Below are positions 50,571-63,842 of a stretch of 63,912 nucleotides of DNA, in pieces. The DNA is from Octopus bimaculoides (taxonomy: Eukaryota): contig NC_068981.1 of NCBI RefSeq assembly GCF_001194135.2, forward strand, positions 31,903,010 through 31,966,921. Reading direction: 5' to 3'. The translations under genes and the position numbers were made by a program. How positions within the stretch are numbered: the first letter of the stretch is position 1; each line of letters begins with the position of its first letter. The notes beneath the pieces were generated by a model. It saw only the letters and a list, made by a program, of their open reading frames with translations, ran no database searches and was not told where the DNA came from.

Positions 50571-51174
50571 ATGTATGCATGTATGTATGTATGTATGTAT
50601 GCATGTCAAAACTGCGAGCCAGTCCCAAATTCCCGATGAGATATTTACAACTGAGGGAGCGAATCACGTCGAAACACACCGTCTGGAGGTTCACTGAAGC
50701 GATTTGAAGTATTTCTGCGTGATGAGTTTTTACACAAAATCTGAGACAAAATCACCCTGCAGTAATCTATCAGAGTCTAATGTGTGCTTAGAATGTATTA
50801 AGTTCATGTTGGCAAGCCTTACCATACCCTCGTAAATGTTTTGTTTGTTATTATCTAAATAAGAAGTAGAAGTTTTGACCCAGATCTAGATGACTCAAGT
50901 TTATCTACAGCTGAATATTGAAAATCACTCCGAAACATCTGTGCCGGTGATCCACTGACGGTGTTTGGAGCTCAGCGTGATGTGTTCTTTTATCTAGAGC
51001 CTGAGATAAAATTCCGCAGCAATAGACTTTCGCATTTAGATGCATGGGAAGATGATAAAATAGATATGTATACATTGCTTCATGTGCTTATACTATGTGT
51101 GTGTGTGTTTGTGTGTGTGAGTGTGTGTGTGTATGTGCATGCGTGCGTGTGTGTGTGTGTACGACAGATTTTTA

Positions 51175-51275
51175 AAAAGCTTCCTTCTACCTGATTTCAT
51201 ACACAAGTCTTTGTCAGTCCTTGGCTGTTATATGAAAATCATGCTCAAGGCATCGATCAGTGAAATCGAACGCTG
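51175..51275 (-). mobile_element. SINE family A head, degraded
   Basis: cttccttctacc...cacaagtcttt...tgctcaaggcatc...atcgaac. Confidence 0.5.
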
Positions 51276-51895
51276 GAGTATGAGCTTACGTTGTATTCAG
51301 ACACTGCTATATAGTTGCATTTATTTTGTTTTATATATAACTGTTCTATGTTGAAACGTAATGTCTTCTTTTTCACTACCAACAACATTTTTTTGAAGAA
51401 TATCTTCCTTGAACATATCTCTTCTCCATATAATATATTTATCAACACCTGTTTTTTTCAACTGCTTCGTTCATAGATTGATCACTGTACATACACTATA
51501 GGAAATTCAGTTACATCTTTTACTCTTCATTATCCTGTTGTAGGCTTATTCATCCCTAGGGTCAACACCTGAATTATTCCATTTCATTGTAAAAATCGAA
51601 TTTTTTTTTTATCTTTGAAGCAGTGAAATAGCTAAAAGGAAACCTCACTTACAAATTACAACTGTTTTCAACAAGAAAGTTTTGAAGTTTCCTTTTAATT
51701 GGATTGTCATTGTTCTTAACGCTAAAATCTACCCAATGTCTATTTCTTTAATGCCATAATAGTCTGGAGACATCTTTCTGTCATATACTCTGTAAATATA
51801 CATTTACCAATATTCTATCTTAATGTCAGTTATATTCCAAACTATTTTTTACAATCAGATAACAAGACTCTTGTAACTTTTTCCGTTATTTTTTG

Positions 51896-51897
<2 letters not shown>

Positions 51898-51967
<70 letters not shown>
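51898..51967. repeat. (TTA)n microsatellite
   Basis: Direct reading. Confidence 0.95.
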
Positions 51968-52089
51968 GTACACAAGACATTTACCGCATTCAGAAAAATT
52001 CTATGTCTGACAGAAAAATTGCCATCCTTATTTTGGAAATATAATCTTCTTTGAAACATATTCCTATTACTTCTCTCCTCTCCTCTCAC

Positions 52090-52174
<85 letters not shown>

Positions 52175-55100
52175 CATACACACACACACACACACTCACA
52201 CTCACACACAAACAGTGCGGGGATAAGTGTGCAATTCAATATTACATGGAAATTTCTTTGTAATATTCATTTAAGTATTGTGAATTTAAAGAAACACAGT
52301 AGAAACGAATTACTATACGAGGAGCTCTATCCATAATAAACGATTAGACATATATTAACTAGTAAATATTTGTAAGAAAGACATGTATCCTGTGAGCCAA
52401 AAAGATCGAGCCTCATTGAAGTCAATACAACTGTCAGAAATAGTTGTTACACTCACTACATTTAGAAATGTAGTTTACATTAAATAATATAATGTTTAAT
52501 TAGTTGGACGCTTGTGATTTGTCCGAATAATCCTAACCTAGCGCTAAAGATGAACAACATGTAATATATGTACGTTTATAAGTCAATGAGATTTATATAG
52601 CAGAATTTCCCTGAGAGCGCTTTCAAATTATCTTAAATTTCATTATTATCTGTAACTATGCACACTTTTCAATAGGGCAACCTCCATCTTAATATTTGTA
52701 TTCAGAGAAGTTGCGAAGACGATTCTGTTGATGTTCCTTTTACCTTAGATGAGTATACCACATGAGACGATTTCAGAGACAAGAGACCTACATCAGAACC
52801 CGGCACAAAGAATGTACCCACACTGTAGAAAAGGTCCCAATGGGGAAACTTCTCTGGATACGCTTGGTTTGAAATATTGGTTTTCAACCAATGCTAAGTT
52901 TACACATAAGCTATACATGCCATATTTTGCCTGGTTTATTCCAAAATCCGTCACTTGAGTCACAATCAACAGAGGCTTCAATCTAAAATTTATATCGTGT
53001 ATGTGAATGTGTGTGAATGTGTGTGTATGTGTNNNNNNNNNNNNNNNNNNNNNNNNNNNNNNNNNNNNNNNNNNNNNNNNNNNNNNNNNNNNNNNNNNNN
53101 NNNNNNNNNNNNNNNNNNNNNNNNNNNNNNNNNNNNNNNNNNNNNNNNNNNNNNNNNNNNNNNNNNNNNNNNNNNNNNNNNNNNNNNNNNNNNNNNNNNN
53201 NNNNNNNNNNNNNNNNNNNNNNNNNNNNNNNNAATCTAAAATTTATATCGTGTATGTGAATGTGTGTGAATGTGTGTGTATGTGTTTGGGGAATGGGCTT
53301 GTGTGATTGTGTGTGTGTGTGCGTGCGCGTGTGTATGGAAGTGCGCATATCAGTTTGACATGTTTTAAGTTGAGGTAAAAGTAACATTTCCTTTTCTGCT
53401 TCTTTTCCATGACAGATCTAAACTTTCTTTTTCTTATACAATAATTTGACACCCCGAGAAAATCTCTAATGTAAAGCATGTAATCACCTTTTAAACAATT
53501 TTACCATTCTTTAAAAACAAGACAATTTGAAACCAACTTTTATCTATATATACATCGTGTTATAATGAGGTGTATAAATTACAAATCCTGTTGCACCCTT
53601 GATGTCTTATTATGTATATAGTAAAGTGATGATATGAAGCCGACATTTATTCCCTCACAAGAGAGACTGATATGTGCTTAATAATGAAGGATTTTTTTTC
53701 GCAATGTTTGAGTGATGGTGAGATGCTTAGAGAACGATTGTGATTTTTTAAATCATATACATAAATATATGTTGACAACTACTCTCGAACTAGTACTAGG
53801 AGAAAAGCGTTTATAAGATCACAGAAGTGAAACTGCAGTCAAAGAGCACAATACATCTTATTTGCCTAATTATTCGTTTGTGTGCAACTTATACCAATCT
53901 ACTTATGGAGTCATGCATTCGTCAAAAAGTAAGCACTCTTGAAGATTTAGAGGAGTTTGAGGGAAAAGGTTTGCACAAACAATAATGGCTGATTTTCGAT
54001 AGGGTGAGGTAAACGATTTCCATCAAACAGTTTCTATCAAACGGATTCTATCAAACGGTTCTTATCAACTTCAGTGAAAGCAATTGGCAAAAATATTTAG
54101 ATCAATCGATTGCTGACAGGGTACGAAACAAAAATGAAAATTTATTTTGGATTTATGTCCTTTGTTGACATCTCTCCTAGTACTTCCATGTGGTGTATCT
54201 CAGGGAACTATCAATGAATTTTAATGATTTTGCTTAAACATGTCGGACAAGTTACTGAGTGTTTACAAAGTTTGTAAGTATGTAACTCGGTTAAGGTGTT
54301 GCTGTTCAATATAATTTCCACCATATTTTTGGTCTCATAAATGCATTTGCAATGGTTTCCAGTCTCAATGAAGTGTGTGTGTGTGTGTATGTGTGTGNNN
54401 NNNNNNNNNNNNNNNNNNNNNNNNNNNNNNNNNNNNNNNNNNNNNNNNNNNNNNNNNNNNNNNNNNNNNNNNNNNNNNNNNNNNNNNNNNNNNNNNNNNN
54501 NNNNNNNNNNNNNNNNNNNNNNNNNNNNNNNNNNNNNNNNNNNNNNNNNNNNNNNNNNNNNNNNNNNNNNNNNNNNNNNNNNNNNNNNNNNNNNNNNNNN
54601 NNNNNNNNNNNNNNNNNNNNNNNNNNNNNNNNNNNNNNNNNNNNNNNNNNNNNNNNNNNNNNNNNNNNNNNNNNNNNNNNNNNNNNNNNNNNNNNNNNNN
54701 NNNNNNNNNNNNNNNNNNNNNNNNNNNNNNNNNNNNNNNNNNNNNNNNNNNNNNNNNNNNNNNNNNNNNNNNNNNNNNNNNNNNNNNNNNNNNNNNNNNN
54801 NNNNNNNNNNNNNNNNNNNNNNNNNNNNNNNNNNNNNNGTGTATATAAGATTGACCAGTAACCGTTCTGTCAATATGCTAGGAGAAGATCACTTAAAAAA
54901 TTCTCAAATAAGGATTCAGCGGAGCAAAAACAGGCGGGCGAGACCAGTGAAAATTATACATACCTGGATTATCTGCAGACTATAGTTTCAAAATCAATAC
55001 TTCCAAATTAAAGTATCTATTTATCATCAGTACAGATTGCCGATATTATTATAATCGAACAGAATCTCGTGCTAGTTGTCTTCAACCAGTGAAAACGTGC

Positions 55101-55249
55101 ACGTGATTCTATCCATTATAAAGATTAAAATTCAAAAGTCTTAGTTTTGGCGCGCTGAATCCGAAAACGTCATCACTGTATTATCTACCGATGAGACATG
55201 ATGTTGTAGCTAGGACACTGTAACGAGATCCGTCGGAAGGATAGCCCGA

Positions 55250-55697
55250 GGTGAAAGAAATAAGAACCCACAGTATGGTAGAAGCTATAGTCACTCATAA
55301 TAAAACAGAGTACTGGTAGAATGTCTCAGTGAAAACATCAATAAAATATTAACACAATACGCCTGATATAATGATTTGAGATAGAGAAGAGAGACTGTGT
55401 ACAGTTGTGGAAATCAGCTGGCCAGCGGATGTTAACACAAAGCTGACGATTAGTCAAATAGAAAATACCTGAGCTGAACTATTGAGAAATATGCAGTTAT
55501 TTTATCTAGATTACATGTTCAGGTTTATACTTGTAATTATTGGGGCCCTGGGATATGTAACAGACTATTTAAATACCAATCTTGAGAAATTAGGCTTCTC
55601 AAAACCGGAAAGGAGAAAGCTGATTCGAAGACTACAGATCCAAGCCATCCCTGGAACTGTAAAAGTCTGTAAAACTTTCAACAAATTTGTCATGTAA
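55250..55697 (+). mobile_element. R4/Dong-like LINE, REL endonuclease C-terminal fragment (distinct subfamily)
   Basis: HNTPDIMI*DREERLCTVVEISWPADVN (PD..D..E-type), FILVIIGALG...RRLQIQAIPGTVKVCKTF. Confidence 0.85.
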
Positions 55698-56633
55698 ATG
55701 TATATGTTCATGTCTAGATATGCAAGCAAATGCATGAGAAGACAAAACATACAAAACATGGAAATAAAACAAAACATACAAATATGCACGTATACATACT
55801 TACATATATATATACAAAAATATTCTGTTGTTGATGTTGAAGTTCCGGCTGTTTCTATATTAGCAAGAAATTTTGAAATAAAACTGCATAATAACATAGA
55901 TATATCCGTCATACTGACAACTCCAGAAGGTACTCTGAATTTGTATTTAAGATGCTTTTTCAAAGTTTACTGTATATTAAGGCTTACCTAGGTCAATGGC
56001 TTTTCATTTTCTATTTAATATCGGTTAAAACTGATTTAAACATCTTTTAAAGAGCTTCATGACATGTACCTGCCTGTATATTATTCTTACAAGAAACTAA
56101 CTCAAGGATATAAGCTTTCATGACATTTACAATATTTTGCTACTATTTTTCACTATAGTTAAATTATAAAATGAGCATACTTGCTCCATTATTAATATTT
56201 GCTTCAATTTACTTGTTTTAATATCTTCTGAATCCTCTCCCGTCAGCGTAATATACATTCTATACTTGCATCTATGTATCTATAAATCCATATGCGTGCC
56301 TAGTGCTTGGCTCACTCTATCAGAATCTCTGTCTCTCCCTCTCTCTTTATATATATATATATACATAGAGAGAGAGAGAGAGAGAGAGAGAAGGAGGAGG
56401 CTGACAGAATAAAAGAGGAATATGCTCTTATATGTGTCTGAGAAACAATGAAATATACGAATGTTTACATATGTAAGCAAGTATAGAAAGGCGCACACAC
56501 GTATACACACAAACATACACACATACGTATATATATAATATTGTACGGGTATGACTATTCCCTATACCGGTCCCTTTCGCTCAGTTAGTGCAAATTTATA
56601 TGCGTGTGTGTATATATATATACATTCATATGT

Positions 56634-56715
<82 letters not shown>

Positions 56716-56855
56716 NNNNNNNNNNNNNNNNNNNNNNNNNNNNNNNNNNNNNNNNNNNNNNNNNNNNNNNNNNNNNNNNNNNNNNNNNNNNNNNNNNNNN
56801 NNNNNNNNNNNNNNNNNNNNNNNNNNNNNNNNNNNNNNNNNNNNNNNNNNNNNNN

Positions 56856-56902
<47 letters not shown>

Positions 56903-57445
56903 TCACAATATCGCGGTGAATATAGATGCCGGAGGCTTTGGTAAATGTTATTTAAAACAATACCCTAATTAGCTTCCGATGAAGACAATCAATCTTCATT
57001 TAGAATATGATTTATTGCTGAAATAGAATGTCCAATATTGGTATTTTCTTGGGCGAATTCAAGTGAATTGTTTTGGAAAGCTAAGAATGGTTAAGAAAAA
57101 ATATATATATATTACATTCTTTTGTTTAAAAGTCAATTCTCTATTTTCCTTTTTTTTTTTCTTTTTACTAAATATTTCTTGAAAATTTTAATTAAATATT
57201 ACTTTCCGAAACAGAAAAATAGCTTGCGAATTGCGTTATTATGTTATTTATAAATATATACACACGTAGGTAGGTATATGCTTGTATCTAAAATTGTATA
57301 TGTATGGGTTTATGCGTAGGTTTTAGTGTTTGAGTTCATGTGTTTAATGCAATATGTTTCTTTTCCATTAGCGAGCTTCTTTGAGTGAGTGACATATATC
57401 TATGTCTATCTATCTGTCTGTCTGTCTGTCTGTCTATCTATTTAT

Positions 57446-57510
<65 letters not shown>

Positions 57511-57946
57511 AAGCTATCTCTCACTCTCTCTCTAACTCTCTCTGTATACATACATACATATATATATATATGTATATATAATTAAGTTACCTCTTCAAAT
57601 TCTAAGTGTAAATAATCATGATAGATAAATCGTTATACATATGATTCAAAAATAGGGTAATCTATATCATACATACATACATAGCCATATCATATATACC
57701 GCATATAAATGCAATATGCAACACACAAACACTGCACATATATATGCAAATACGTAGTGTGTGTATATAAACAAATGCAACGCGTCTTTAAATGGAATGT
57801 CTGCATCTAATCAGAAGGATATACTGTATTCAGTACGAGAATATTCGCAAAGATATCTAAATTTATACAAGCAAAGTAGCTAGTCAGAATATTTCTATAA
57901 GAGATGAACGTAGTAACTATACTGAGAAGTAATATTTGTTGCCACA

Positions 57947-58176
57947 TCAACATGGCTGTTCTGTACGAACCGACGCCACTACTATTTTTGACCCCAAGAG
58001 GAAGCCGAAGCCTGGCGGTTTGCTGCTCCTGTCAAGTCGCTGGCAGGTAGTAGGGGATTAATCCTCTGCTTGCAATATAAATCGGGTGTTCATTGCATCG
58101 ATAACCAGCTAGAGGAGGTTTCCTCTTGGGGTTAAAAATAGTCGTAACTTCGTTTCGCACGGAACAGCCATGTTGA
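57947..58176. mobile_element. MITE with about 60-bp terminal inverted repeats
   Basis: tcaacatggctgttc...tattttt.accccaagaggaa.cc (57947-58006) pairs with 58117-58176; TSD not identifiable. Confidence 0.88.
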
Positions 58177-58301
58177 GTAGCGATAAACATCACTTCTATA
58201 TTTATACACATTTATTTATGTGTATGTGTATAAATATATTTGTACATATTTATCTCTCTTCCCTCTGTGTGTGTGTGTGTGTGTGCGTGTGCGTGTGTGT
58301 G

Positions 58302-58387
<86 letters not shown>

Positions 58388-58392
58388 TATAT

Positions 58393-59720
58393 ATAAACTG
58401 AACCACAAAAGAAACGTCGAACACATACTAAATAGAAACCAGTTTATTTACAGACTGTCATAGCTTTGATTGAAGAGTATCAATTAAGAAACCGTCATTC
58501 CTAATGATAAAACGTCATTTCTTGAAACATGTTTGACGTCATATGGTGTCACGTGAAGACGGAGTGGACCACCGTTAGCCCTGGTTACGGCCAAGCATCT
58601 TCTGTATACTGAATACACCAAACGATTGATGAAGGCCATGTGGATAGCAGCCCACACTCTGTTAAAACTTGCAGTCAGTTGTGCCGAAGTTGCCGGCCTT
58701 GGACGGATGTCATTTGCCTGCTTTGGATTTCGTCCTATAGGTGCTCTTTGGGGTTCAAGTCCGGACCTAGAGCAGGCTATGGCAGAGTCTAGATGTTGTG
58801 CTGTTGGAGGAAGTCTGTTATCAACCTGGCAGTTTGGTCACGGACGTTGTCGTGTTGGAAAACGTGATTCCGATGACGGGCAAAGTATGACACAATGTGA
58901 GGCCTCAACACTCGTCCGATGTAGCGAGCAGCGGTTATTCCATTGCCCCGGTCTTGGACGATGTTTTGGGAAACCACTAGTCCAAGTTTCTGGTTGAGTG
59001 CAATCCCACCCCATGCGATGATGCTCTGTCCTCCCCATGAGCATCTCTCCACCACACAGCCATCGGCATGACGTTCACTCAAACTCTAACTATGCCATCT
59101 GTCACCGAAATTTAATATCAACTTTCTTCAGAGAAGATTGCAGTTCTTCACTGCTAATATCGCTAGGTATGACGTTTTTGAGCCCACTGCAGACGTGCCC
59201 GTCGATGACAATCTCTGAAGAAAGAGCTCCTAGCCGGACGTCGACAAGACAAATTGAAAGATCTCAACTGGTGATGAACTGTCTCTGCACAAATGGGTCT
59301 GTGATGATCCCCTATGGTCTGCTTAGCTGATTCTGTTGCCCTCCGGAATCGGTCCTGCGAGTGTTGTCGGTGCAGGTGCAGGTGGCGATCTAGACGTGCC
59401 GTTGTAACCCTCGGTCGGCCACTGTGTTGGCGATCACCCGTGCTGTTTATGGCATTGTATCGTTTCCCCAGCTGCTCAATTGTCTGAATACTGCAATTCA
59501 AGTCATAACGAATGGTCCATAGACGTTGAGCAGCATGGAGACATCCGATGGCTTGCTCCCTCTGATTTCATGTCAATCTTGGCATGCTTGCTGCGTTCGG
59601 GAAATGAAGTGGTTTTATTACAGCCATAAGGGCTAAAAACAGAGGGGCGATACAAAGTGAGGGGATCGGGGATCGAATAATAAAACATAAATATGAACCA
59701 ATGAAAGGTCTATGAAATAT
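58393..59720 (-). mobile_element. Tc1-family (DD34E) transposon, decayed
   Basis: MPRLT..QREQAIG (ATG at 59585), SGRPRVTT, RARLQWA, GGQSIIAWGGI, VFQHDN, P*PALGPDLNPKEHL*D; putative 3' terminus near 58393; 5' TIR not found. Confidence 0.92.
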
Positions 59721-60569
59721 AAACGTATGATAGGACAATACAAAAACAGCACCAAGGAGTGGGGGACGGGTTCGACCCTACAAGCCCGTTCCACCACTGA
59801 ACTTTTCAGTTACCTTTATCTTTTACATTCACGCGGGTTCATTCATTCTCAACATACACGTCACTTTCTTCCATCTTTTATCATATATATCGAGTGACAA
59901 GCATCTCCTCTCCAGCCTTATTTTCCTTTTAAGATGGGGGTTAAAAAAGGTTTACCAAACCAAGGCTGGAGATGAAGGCGCCTGCCAATACCCTATTACT
60001 ATGTTCACGAAAAGTGAGCGAGTTCGAACCCTACGTGCAATCCTTCTGTTTTCATAAGAGAGTGGTATTGTAGGTTAGTGACATCTTCCTGATGTCAAAT
60101 TACCTAGAAATGTGACATAAATTTTAACATCGCACTACTAAAACTGCTAATTCTTGTCAATGCCTGATTTCGAACCTACTGACAAACTGCATTTCATACT
60201 ATGTGATTAAATCGACACAGAATTTTCTGTCAGTGGTATTTCAAGCTTAATATTCTTTAGTATTCCCTACAATATACATCTTTATTTAATTGTCAATGTC
60301 TATATACATTGCTTTGTTGTCAGGTTAGATGAGTGGCTGCGCTTGTGATTTCTCTAGTCACCTGTTACATTGTATTAAGAGACAGGATGAAAGAGTTGAC
60401 GGATGGTACAAAATATAGTTAGAATAAGGGATGCAGGATGCGAACAATAAGCAGTAGCCTTGGTGGTGAAAATTTGTAAAAGTGCGCAACATACTAAATG
60501 GATGAGTATAATCACACAGTTGGATGATGAGGAAGAAAAAATTACAGAAGTGTTTTTAGCGGATAAATA

Positions 60570-60784
60570 CGAGAGGATACTGAAAATTTCCAGGCTTTGG
60601 GTAAAAGAAAATGCAGGAGAATCAGATAACTATAATCTTATTCCACATATTCCTCTTTCAGATTCACACACTTATTGCTGCAATCCTTCAGTTTTTCCAA
60701 GCCCTGTAAAAGAACTCGGAAGCTGAACCTCCAACATGGGCTTTCGCGATACTCTTAAAGCAGGAACTATTCAGCAACCCCTCG
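60570..60784 (-). mobile_element. Mariner-derived MITE (about 215 bp), TA-flanked
   Basis: TA-CGAGAGGATACTGAAAATTTCCAGGC and GCAGGAACTATTCAGCAACCCCTCG-TA; minus strand encodes LQGLEKLKDCSNKCVNLKEEYVE*, a mariner C-terminus. Confidence 0.9.
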
Positions 60785-60857
60785 TACACACATGCTTGTG
60801 TAAAATAAAATGTATGACTTGGTGTGTATGCCTGATTAACAATTTTTTTAAAAATCT

Positions 60858-61026
60858 AGGCGCAGGAGTGGCTTTGTGGTAAGTAGCTTGCTAACCAACC
60901 ACATGGTTCCAGGTTCAGTCCCACTTCATGGCACCTTGGACAAGTGTCTTCTACTATAGCCTCGGCCTGACAAAAGCCTCGTGGGTAGATTTCGCAGACG
61001 GAAACTGAAAGGGACCCTACGTATAT
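60858..61026 (+). mobile_element. SINE family A 5' half, runs into gap
   Basis: aggcgcaggagtggctttgtggtaag, caggttcagtccc, accttggacaagtgtc. Confidence 0.92.
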
Positions 61027-61834
61027 NNNNNNNNNNNNNNNNNNNNNNNNNNNNNNNNNNNNNNNNNNNNNNNNNNNNNNNNNNNNNNNNNNNNNNNNNN
61101 NNNNNNNNNNNNNNNNNNNNNNNNNNNNNNNNNNNNNNNNNNNNNNNNNNNNNNNNNNNNNNNNNNNNNNNNNNNNNNNNNNNNNNNNNNNNNNNNNNNN
61201 NNNNNNNNNNNNNNNNNNNNNNNNNNNNNNNNNNNNNNNNNNNNNNNNNNNNNNNNNNNNNNNNNNNNNNNNNNNNNNNNNNNNNNNNNNNNNNNNNNNN
61301 NNNNNNNNNNNNNNNNNNNNNNNNNNNNNNNNNNNNNNNNNNNNNNNNNNNNNNNNNNNNNNNNNNNNNNNNNNNNNNNNNNNNNNNNNNNNNNNNNNNN
61401 NNNNNNNNNNNNNNNNNNNNNNNNNNNNNNNNNNNNNNNNNNNNNNNNNNNNNNNNNNNNNNNNNNNNNNNNNNNNNNNNNNNNNNNNNNNNNNNNNNNN
61501 NNNNNNNNNNNNNNNNNNNNNNNNNNNNNNNNNNNNNNNNNNNNNNNNNNNNNNNNNNNNNNNNNNNNNNNNNNNNNNNNNNNNNNNNNNNNNNNNNNNN
61601 NNNNNNNNNNNNNNNNNNNNNNNNNNNNNNNNNNNNNNNNNNNNNNNNNNNNNNNNNNNNNNNNNNNNNNNNNNNNNNNNNNNNNNNNNNNNNNNNNNNN
61701 NNNNNNNNNNNNNNNNNNNNNNNNNNNNNNNNNNNNNNNNNNNNNNNNNNNNNNNNNNNNNNNNNNNNNNNNNNNNNNNNNNNNNNNNNNNNNNNNNNNN
61801 NNNNNNNNNNNNNNNNNNNNNNNNNNNNNNNNNN

Positions 61835-61881
<47 letters not shown>

Positions 61882-63594
61882 TGCAACGATATATAAATGT
61901 GTGCGTGAGTGATGGCATATGTCTGTGTGTATATGAGGTCAGAAATGTAGAAAGATAAACTTGAATACCTGTAGCTATTCTACGAGCTAACACGTGTAGT
62001 ATACATAAAACTTGTAAGCAGTAAGATTAATTAAACTAATGGAATTAGCGTTTTGTTGTATATTTTATCAAACCACAAAGTACCATATTTGCCAATTTTT
62101 GTTGACACACTTTTACTCCAGAATGTTTGTAAATGTCCCCTGTGTAACTGCCGGTGACAGAGCGAGAGAAAGAGAGAGATAGAGAGAGAAAGGAAGAGAT
62201 TGTCGCGTGATTTAAAGGCATGTATTGTTATAACATGCAAACATTTTCAAATGTCAATTACTGGACAGGTGCAGTAGCAAAAAATATTTAAATTTCGCAT
62301 TTTATCCATTTTTCTTTTTCATTTAAACGGAATTTCAGTTTTGTTAATAATACCATCTCTAAACCAGTAGATCTTATATAAAATGTTGGGGAGATATCAT
62401 CAAGTGAAACGAACGTCAATGAAATATACGTATAAAGTTTTTTCAGTAAATTGTATCATGAAACTACTCTCCTTGCAAATATAAGTATCTCCCCTACAAA
62501 CCAGAAATAAATCATATACAATGCAGCCGATTCCGTTTATTTATAATTCTTGATAAGTTTAATTTTACAAGAGATTTATATAAGTCTAATAGATAGTCAT
62601 ACGAGATATATCAGCCCTCAGGATCGCGACTATTAACTGCTTATACAAAATATATTCTTTTAAGTTGTCTTTTTCTACAGAGACCTTTGAAACCATATTT
62701 ACTGTCTGAGACAGCTGTTGATTATTTCAATGGAATCAAGTGAAGCTAAAAATTACCATTGGCATAAAATTATCTTGACTTTCTTGAATAGTGGAAGCTA
62801 ACATTAGACATAATGAATAACTCGCCAGCATGATATCGGGAACACAACCACAGGCCAAAATAAATAAATAGCCAACGAAAGAACTTCCAAAATGTCAGTC
62901 TGTTAGAAATAGCAGCCAAATATCCTAGCAAATCACGGCCTTAATATTGGAAGGACAAGAAGATAATGTTTTTCAAGTTAAATATGAATCGAATATCGTG
63001 CACAGAATGTCTTGTCCTGTAAGTCTGCCCCATCAACTTTGAGGATGTTGCTCAAAAATATCAACAAATACACAAATATGAAAATCAACGTTGTCTGCTT
63101 GTATTGCCAATACATATATAACAGTGTTTCTTTATATGGTGTATATTGTACTCCATTTCCTTATTTTTGTTATATATGATGAGGTTAACGTTACCATAAC
63201 AAGTTTGAGTATCGATGGTATTTTTTTTTTCAATTTAAATCTGATTTCTTAGAGATTACTATCTCAGCTCTTTGTTGATATATTTACGATTATTAAAAAT
63301 TCTAAATATGTTTCACTTAGACATACTTATGCAATTAATAGTAATTTAACATTTGTTAAAGATGTAAAATTTACATTTAAGGAATTGATAATATATCTAC
63401 ATTACTTTGTAAGAAAACTCGTAACCATAGCCTAGCCTACCGTCTAAGAAAAGTTAATTCCTTTAACAACAGTTATTCGCAGATGATTTAAAGCTAGTCA
63501 GATTTTCATGAGCAGAAAACTGGTATATTTAGAACAGAAGAATTGTCCCGTATCTACTTTGACACCACGGCCTACCCTTTGATGTCTTTAACAG

Positions 63595-63639
63595 AATAAA
63601 CTTTATGCGAAGCATTCATGCAAAGTATCCAATCTGAAG
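63595..63639 (+). CDS. Candidate 45-nt exon
   Basis: gatgtctttaacag acceptor, AAG|GTAATC donor, frame NKLYAKHSCKVSNLK. Confidence 0.12.
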
Positions 63640-63842
63640 GTAATCTCATTTCTCACTACAAATCTCTATATTAAAGCGAATATATAATCATCTTATGCCT
63701 TGGGTTTGGAACGTAATCGTCAACAAACAATTGTTTAAACGGCATAAATACATACGCGTGCGTGTGTATGTATTTATAAATGTATGCATATACATAGGTA
63801 TATACATACATATATATATATATACACACACACATATATGTA

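Noticed and set aside
52793-52981. VTDFG motif suggesting a protein kinase
   Set aside because: No HRD/APE or other kinase motifs in register
52980-53285. 53-bp sequence repeated on both sides of a 200-N gap
   Set aside because: Most likely overlapping contig ends left unmerged; not treated as an LTR or tandem repeat
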